From NCBI GenBank assembly GCA_965223865.1, contig OZ245020.1:448001-512000 (forward strand): a DNA stretch of 64,000 nucleotides, read 5' to 3'. Both the position numbers and the translations under genes were made by a program. This document shows, piece after piece, positions 58,373 through 64,000 of this stretch. The notes under the pieces were generated by a model, which worked only from the letters and a program-made list of their open reading frames with translations, searched no databases and had not been told where the DNA came from. This DNA comes from Nitrosarchaeum sp. Its GTDB lineage: Archaea > Thermoproteota > Nitrososphaeria > Nitrososphaerales > Nitrosopumilaceae. Position 1 is the stretch's first letter. The number at the start of each line of letters is the position of its first letter.

Positions 58373-59754
58373 CCGCAGAAGGTGGAGTTCAATACAGTAA
58401 AATCGCAGAAATTAAAGGTCCACTAGTAATTGTTGATGATGTTGAAAATGCAGCATTTGATGAACTAGTTGAAGTTGAAACTAAAGATGGAGAAAGAAGA
58501 TTAGGAAAAGTCCTTGAAGTTGGAAATGGGAAAGCAATTGTTCAAGTATTTGAGGGAACAACTGGATTATCTGTTTCTGGAACTAATGCAAAATTTGTTG
58601 GAAAAGTTATGGAGATGCCTGTATCAAAAGAAGTACTCGGTAGAGTCTTTGATGGATTAGGTAGACCAAAAGACGGACTTCCAGATCCAATAGCTGATAA
58701 ATTTATTGATATTAATGGTGAGCCAATGAATCCTGAACAACGAGAATATCCAAAGGACTTCATTCAAACTGGTGTTTCTGTTATTGATGGAATGATTACT
58801 CTAGTCAGAGGCCAAAAACTTCCAATCTTCTCTGGTTCTGGAATGTCACACAACCTCTTGGCAGCCCAAATTGCAAGACAAGCAAGTGTTATTGGTACAC
58901 AAGATGATTTTGCAGTAGTCTTTGCAGCAATTGGTGTGCAATATAGTGAAGCAGAATATTTCAGACGAAGTCTTGAGGAATCAGGTGCATTAAAGAGAAG
59001 TGTTCTATTTCTTAACTTAGCAGATGATCCTGCTATTGAAAGAATTATCACTCCTCGTGTAGCATTGACTGTTGCAGAATATTTGGCATTTGATCTTGGA
59101 ATGCATGTTCTTGTAATTCTCACAGACATGACAAATTATGCTGAAGCACTAAGAGAGATCAGTGCAGCAAGAGAAGAAGTTCCAGGAAGAAAAGGCTATC
59201 CCGGTTATCTTTACACGGACCTTTCCACCATTTATGAAAGAGCAGGAAAACTAAATGGAAAGAAAGGAAGTGTAACACAGGTTCCTATCTTGTCAATGCC
59301 TTCAGATGATATTACACACCCAATTCCAGACTTAACTGGATATATCACAGAAGGACAGATTGTACTTGGAAGAGATCTCTTTAGACAAGGAGTTTATCCA
59401 CCAGTTAACATTTTGATGAGTCTTAGTAGATTAATGAAAGATGGAATTGGTGAAGGAAGCACTAGAGAAGATCATGGTGAAATTTCAAACCAAAACTATG
59501 ACGCATATTCTAGAGCCCAAGAAGTCAGAGCACTTGCAGGAATTGTAGGTAAAGCAGGATTAACAGAAATCGACTTGAAATACATGGATGTAGGTGATGT
59601 CTTTGAAAAAGAATTTCTAACACAGGCAACTGATGAAAATAGAACAATTGATGAGACACTTGGTATTTTATGGAAAGTTGTATCCCAGCTTCCAAAGAAT
59701 GAATTGACAAAGGTCAAAGACAAATTCGTAGATCAATATTATCAGGAAAAGTAG
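58369..59754 (+). CDS. atpB: A-type ATP synthase subunit B
   Basis: [32 protein letters not shown]. Confidence 0.97.
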   Translation: MTAEGGVQYSKIAEIKGPLVIVDDVENAAFDELVEVETKDGERRLGKVLEVGNGKAIVQVFEGTTGLSVSGTNAKFVGKVMEMPVSKEVLGRVFDGLGRPKDGLPDPIADKFIDINGEPMNPEQREYPKDFIQTGVSVIDGMITLVRGQKLPIFSGSGMSHNLLAAQIARQASVIGTQDDFAVVFAAIGVQYSEAEYFRRSLEESGALKRSVLFLNLADDPAIERIITPRVALTVAEYLAFDLGMHVLVILTDMTNYAEALREISAAREEVPGRKGYPGYLYTDLSTIYERAGKLNGKKGSVTQVPILSMPSDDITHPIPDLTGYITEGQIVLGRDLFRQGVYPPVNILMSLSRLMKDGIGEGSTREDHGEISNQNYDAYSRAQEVRALAGIVGKAGLTEIDLKYMDVGDVFEKEFLTQATDENRTIDETLGILWKVVSQLPKNELTKVKDKFVDQYYQEK

Positions 59755-59758
59755 CAAA

Positions 59759-60391
59759 ATGTCATTTGGACAGAATGTAGCTGCAACAAAAATTGAACTT
59801 CTAAAATACAAAAGATCCAGTCAAGTCGCAACAATGGTTCAGAAAATTTTAGACGATAAACGTAAAGTCCTCTTAAAAAATATCGAAGAAATGATTGAAG
59901 AAGCTTCCAAAGCAAGAGGTGGAATATGGGAACCATTACAAGATATTTACAAATCAGTCAATGAAGCATATCTTGCCTTAGGAACTGCTACAGTTGACTC
60001 TGTTGCTGAATCTACTCCTCCCGTAATGGAAGTTGAGGTTAAGATACGAAGAGTAGTAGATGTAAAAATTCCTGCTTTATCTGTGACTGAAAAAGACACA
60101 AAATCAATGCCATATGGATTTGCAGATACAAACTCTTCGATTGATAGAGCAGCAAAACAAATCAAAGAACTACTTCCAAAAATTTGTAAAGCAGCCGAAT
60201 ATGAAAATTCAATTTTTAGCCTTGCAAAAGCCTTAGAAAAAACACAAAAACTTCTAAATGCACTTGAGAATGTTATTATTCCACAATATCAACAACGAAT
60301 TAGATTTATTCTTGCAACTCTAGAAGAAAGAGAAAGAGAAGAATTCGCAAAGTTAAAAAAAGTAAAGGCTAAGATGGAGAGTAGAAAATAA
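59759..60391 (+). CDS. atpD: A-type ATP synthase subunit D
   Basis: NALENVIIP and LEEREREEF motifs. Confidence 0.93.
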   Translation: MSFGQNVAATKIELLKYKRSSQVATMVQKILDDKRKVLLKNIEEMIEEASKARGGIWEPLQDIYKSVNEAYLALGTATVDSVAESTPPVMEVEVKIRRVVDVKIPALSVTEKDTKSMPYGFADTNSSIDRAAKQIKELLPKICKAAEYENSIFSLAKALEKTQKLLNALENVIIPQYQQRIRFILATLEEREREEFAKLKKVKAKMESRK

Positions 60392-60522
60392 TGGCAAAAG
60401 AAGAAATCAAAAAATTACTTGAAGAGTCTAAAAAACAATTAGATCAGGATCACGAAAAATTTGTAAATTCTGTTAAAGACGATCTAGCATCTTTCAAAAA
60501 GAAAACACTGGATCGAATTTGA
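60391..60522 (+). CDS. 43-aa helical protein in the ATP synthase operon (candidate minimal subunit H/G; not in ORF track)
   Basis: TAATG overlap with atpD and GGAG SD; MAKEEIKKLLEESKKQLDQDHEKFVNSVKDDLASFKKKTLDRI*. Confidence 0.7.
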   Translation: MAKEEIKKLLEESKKQLDQDHEKFVNSVKDDLASFKKKTLDRI

Positions 60523-60574
60523 ATTTAAAATATCATCATGATTTAAATATGGACCCAAAGGAGCCACATCATAA

Positions 60575-60880
60575 ATGAAAACTATCGTCTTGTTACTTTT
60601 GGTTGCAGCAGCAATTTCCTTTGCAGGATCTACAGGAGTTGCATTTGCACAAGAAGGCTCAGCTGGTAGTGCAGACTCTATGAAACTCCTAGGTGCTGGT
60701 TTGGCCTTTGGTATAGCCGCCGGTGGAGCAGGTATAGGTCTTGGTCAAGTGGGTGCAGCAGGTCTTGCAGTCATTAGTGAGAACCCAGCTTTACAGTCTA
60801 AGGTGTTCATCTTCGTAGGTATGGTCGAATCAATCGCAATCTACGGTATAGTTATGATGTTTATCATCTTAGGACAATAG
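60575..60880 (+). CDS. atpK: A-type ATP synthase proteolipid subunit K (c) with signal peptide
   Basis: AFA-Q cleavage site, GxGxG helix, ENP loop, essential Glu in MVESIAIY. Confidence 0.95.
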   Translation: MKTIVLLLLVAAAISFAGSTGVAFAQEGSAGSADSMKLLGAGLAFGIAAGGAGIGLGQVGAAGLAVISENPALQSKVFIFVGMVESIAIYGIVMMFIILGQ

Positions 60881-60900
60881 TCCTAACATCATCTTTTTCA
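60869..60900 (+). terminator. hairpin plus T tract at the end of atpK
   Basis: TTAGGAC-AATA-GTCCTAA followed by CTTTTT. Confidence 0.5.
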
Positions 60901-60919
60901 AATTTTTCAATTTTCTAAT

Positions 60920-61402
60920 TTAATTATATTTTAGCTTGTTAACATCTAAAACTCTAGAACAATATCTGCACTTTAGAACTCGCCCTTCTTTATCAATTAC
61001 ATCCATTACAGATTCAATATGTTCAGGACTATTAGTAATACAATCAGGGTTTGAGCAACGAAATATCCTATCAATCTCATTAGGAAGAGCCACTCTTCTC
61101 TTTTCTACAAGCTTGTAGTCTTTGATAATATTGATAGTTGCTTTTGGGGCAATTACAGCAAGCTTGTTTGTATCATCATCCTTTAGAAATTTATTTTCAA
61201 CTTTTATGATGTCTTTTTTCTTGAACTTTCCACTGGGTACATTTAATGCAATGGTAATTAGACTACCATCCTTTCCATCAATTCTAAGGGCATTGAGAAC
61301 CTGCAGACCTTTACCCTCATCAATATGATCTAACACAGTACCCTCCTTTATTCGTCGAACCAAAAGTTCGGACTCTTGCATCAGAATACTTTGTATAGTC
61401 AC
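60920..61402 (-). CDS. pyrI: aspartate carbamoyltransferase regulatory chain
   Basis: GTVLDHI, KKDIIK, CSNPDC, CRYC motifs. Confidence 0.95.
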   Translation of the reverse strand: MTIQSILMQESELLVRRIKEGTVLDHIDEGKGLQVLNALRIDGKDGSLITIALNVPSGKFKKKDIIKVENKFLKDDDTNKLAVIAPKATINIIKDYKLVEKRRVALPNEIDRIFRCSNPDCITNSPEHIESVMDVIDKEGRVLKCRYCSRVLDVNKLKYN

Positions 61403-61421
61403 CTGTATATATTATTGAAAG

Positions 61422-62351
61422 ATGAATGAGTTCTATCAAAAAGATATCATCTCAATTAAGGACTTTGACAAAGAGCAGCTAGAGAAGATCTTTATTGCAA
61501 CTGATAAAATTATGAAACTAGAGCCTGCTGAGAGAAGGGAGGTTTCAAAAGGAAAAACCTTAGCTTACTTGTTTTATGAACCAAGTACTAGAACTCGCCT
61601 AAGCTTTGATTCTGCAATTGCCTCAATAGGAGGAAATTCTTTAGGAATATCTGATATTTCTTCATCATCTACACAAAAAGGCGAGAGTCTAGGAGATACT
61701 GTAAAAATTATGTCCATCTATTCTGATGTACTTGTTCTAAGACATCCACTTGATGGTTCAAGTAGATTTGCAGCTGAAATATCCTCAAAACCAGTTATAA
61801 ATGCCGGAAGCGGAACTGAAGAGCATCCAACACAGGCAATTCAAGATTTGTTTACAATTAGAAAAGAAAAGAAAAAGATTGATGGACTAAAAATTGGGAT
61901 TGTAGGAGATTTAAAGTATGGAAGAACTGTTTACTCACTTTTATATGGACTAGGAAACTATGATGTTGACGTCCATTTAATTTCTCCAGAATCTCTGAGA
62001 ATTAGATCTGATTCTGTCTATGAAATAAAAAAGAGGTTGTCATTTAACGAGTCAACAGAAATTGAAGAATACATTGATGATCTTGATGTACTTTATGTAA
62101 CTAGAATTCAAAAAGAGAGATTTCCTGATGAGGAAGAATATCTGAAAGTTAAAGGAAGTTATGTTGTGGGATTGGATTTACTTCAAAAGATGAAAGATGA
62201 TTCCATCATTTTACATCCTCTTCCAAGATTAGATGAAATTTCTACTGATATTGATAATACCAAAAATGCAAAGTACTTTGAACAAGCAGAATATGGAAAA
62301 TATACAAGAGCAGCATTGTTGGGCTTGACTTTAAATGAAGAAGGTTTCTAA
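61422..62351 (+). CDS. pyrB: aspartate carbamoyltransferase catalytic chain
   Basis: EPSTRTRLSF, HPTQ, HPLPR motifs. Confidence 0.97.
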   Translation: MNEFYQKDIISIKDFDKEQLEKIFIATDKIMKLEPAERREVSKGKTLAYLFYEPSTRTRLSFDSAIASIGGNSLGISDISSSSTQKGESLGDTVKIMSIYSDVLVLRHPLDGSSRFAAEISSKPVINAGSGTEEHPTQAIQDLFTIRKEKKKIDGLKIGIVGDLKYGRTVYSLLYGLGNYDVDVHLISPESLRIRSDSVYEIKKRLSFNESTEIEEYIDDLDVLYVTRIQKERFPDEEEYLKVKGSYVVGLDLLQKMKDDSIILHPLPRLDEISTDIDNTKNAKYFEQAEYGKYTRAALLGLTLNEEGF

Positions 62352-62399
62352 ATCATAGCCGTATTCCATATATCTGAAGACAATTCAAATAATTACAGT

Positions 62400-63110
62400 T
62401 TGACTCAGAAAAAAATTCTACCTATATTTCCATTAGATTTGGTTTTGTTTCCAAGACAAGAACTTCCACTTCGAATATTTGAGCCTCGTTACAAGCAACT
62501 GGTTGATGATTGTATGTTAGGTGATGGGTTATTTGGAGTGTGCTTAATTGATCAAAGCAAATCAGTAAATGGTTGGAATGCACCAAAATCCATTGGAACC
62601 ATCGCAAAGATCACTAAATGTGAAGATGTAGAACTAGATGGTCTACAACTACACATTGAAACCCTAGGCCGGAACAAGTTCAAAATTAATAAAATAATTC
62701 CACCAACTTTGGCACCTCCAGAAAATTATGATCCATATACTGTTGAGGGACATAAGGTAATCTTTGATTTACATGAAAGTGTTGGAACTGATGAAAAAAT
62801 GTACATTTGTGCTGAAGTTGAAATGATTCCAGAAATTGACGACAACATTTCATTAGAAAAATGGAAAGATTTGGTTACATTATGGAAAAACAAAATCGTT
62901 TCACAAGCACTGCCTCAAATAGTGGAACCACATGCACTAGATCATGTTTTAGAAAAATACTATCTTACAACTGATCTTCCTACTATAGATTATATCTATT
63001 CATTATCTGCATTGGGTGCAAAGGATCCAAATGACCTACAACCAATCTTGGAAGCCAATACAATTGATGATCTATTGCAAAAAGTCGAAGAATTAATGAC
63101 AGTAAAATAA
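62400..63110 (+). CDS. stand-alone LON peptidase substrate-binding (N) domain protein
   Basis: LPIFPL.LVLFP...LPLRIFEPRY motif; no AAA or protease domain. Confidence 0.88.
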   Translation: MTQKKILPIFPLDLVLFPRQELPLRIFEPRYKQLVDDCMLGDGLFGVCLIDQSKSVNGWNAPKSIGTIAKITKCEDVELDGLQLHIETLGRNKFKINKIIPPTLAPPENYDPYTVEGHKVIFDLHESVGTDEKMYICAEVEMIPEIDDNISLEKWKDLVTLWKNKIVSQALPQIVEPHALDHVLEKYYLTTDLPTIDYIYSLSALGAKDPNDLQPILEANTIDDLLQKVEELMTVK

Positions 63111-63129
63111 CCCTAATGATGGCTTGATC

Positions 63130-64000
63130 ATGATGTTTGCTAAATTTGGAATTCTTGTTCTAGCAGCATTTTTGGTATTTCCTGTAACAAATGTCTATGG
63201 ACATGGATTAGGAATTGATACAATATCTTCTATAGATATTCATGGAAAGTCAATATCTATTTCAGTAGAACTTCCAATGTACTTTGAAAAAGATGACAAT
63301 AAGCAAATTACCATTACTGCAACAGAAGACGAAACAAACCAAACTGCAAAAAATGTAACATTTTTGATTGGGTTGTTTCATCAAAATGAAATGATTTTTA
63401 GAAATTACTTTTTTGCAGAGAATGGAGTACTTCCAATCAAAGTAAAGCCGACAACAGAGGGAGAAATTGAAATTAATGGAGACCAAGACTCTCTTTTGGG
63501 TGCGTGGCATGGAACAGAATCAAACCCAATTGAAATAACAGGACCTATTTTTAATTCAGGTGGGCTGTACAATTTTGAGATTGAAGTTAGAACTATTGAT
63601 GAGCCTACAAACATCATTGAAGATTCTGGAATCTACAATGCTGATCTGAGCATTGTAGAACTAACTGAACACATGCAAAAAGACGAGCAAGGAAATGATG
63701 TAAAGTTTAGATTAAAATCATATTTTGACAAAATCTCACAGCTAGAATACAACCCTACCACTAAAGAAGTATCCTTTGAGATGCCATTTGATTGGAGTGA
63801 AAAACAAATGTCCCATATACCTGTAGTCCATGAGGAAGTACATTTTCCAAAAGAATTTGCTGAATTCTTGTATCCAAGCTATACTGGAAAAGTAAATGGA
63901 ATTGATTTGTTTAAAGCATCCGTTACAATAGATGACTATACTGAAGAAGATGAAAGAATAGTTCATTTTGTTTTATTGCAGGATCATTTGAAATTCATAA
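63130..64000 (+). CDS. secreted surface protein, truncated by window end (not in ORF track)
   Basis: open frame from ATG 63130: MMFAKFGILVLAAFLVFPVTNVYG-HGLGIDT..., no stop seen before 64000. Confidence 0.8.
   Translation, partial: MMFAKFGILVLAAFLVFPVTNVYGHGLGIDTISSIDIHGKSISISVELPMYFEKDDNKQITITATEDETNQTAKNVTFLIGLFHQNEMIFRNYFFAENGVLPIKVKPTTEGEIEINGDQDSLLGAWHGTESNPIEITGPIFNSGGLYNFEIEVRTIDEPTNIIEDSGIYNADLSIVELTEHMQKDEQGNDVKFRLKSYFDKISQLEYNPTTKEVSFEMPFDWSEKQMSHIPVVHEEVHFPKEFAEFLYPSYTGKVNGIDLFKASVTIDDYTEEDERIVHFVLLQDHLKFI

Noticed and set aside
60575-60880. Na+-coupled ATP synthase suggested by ES..Y in subunit K
   Set aside because: Helix-1 position of the Na+-ligand Gln/Glu is Leu (GIGLG), which fits H+ coupling
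63262-63966. Minus-strand ORFs near window end
   Set aside because: Shadows of the long open plus-strand frame starting at 63130

Overview
AT-rich archaeal chromosome segment whose gene content points to a Nitrosopumilus-like ammonia-oxidising thaumarchaeon: egsA, proteasome beta, aCPSF1, archaeal CoA pathway, PEF/PEFG-CTERM proteins, Amt/PII and A-type ATP synthase. Most of the window is housekeeping. The main accessory feature is a ~6.9 kb element integrated at the 3' end of an intron-containing tRNA-Arg(CCT), bounded by 13-bp att repeats (3997-4009 and 10904-10916). It encodes a tyrosine integrase whose frame would gain an upstream SD-like motif and ATG only on excision. It also carries a stand-alone TopoVI-A/Spo11-like (Mini-A type) protein and a membrane-anchored wHTH/PD-(D/E)xK protein. 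Non-coding features include a 13-bp-phased 3+3 inverted repeat array around an AT-rich core and a duplicated 44-bp operator/promoter ahead of a wHTH + TM-TPR + small membrane protein module. Outside the element are several microproteins missed by the ORF track (two metallothionein-like), an apparent CTG start codon, two long perfect operator-like palindromes and a catalytically degenerate solo Cas4. All calls come from reading the sequence by eye; no database searches were run.
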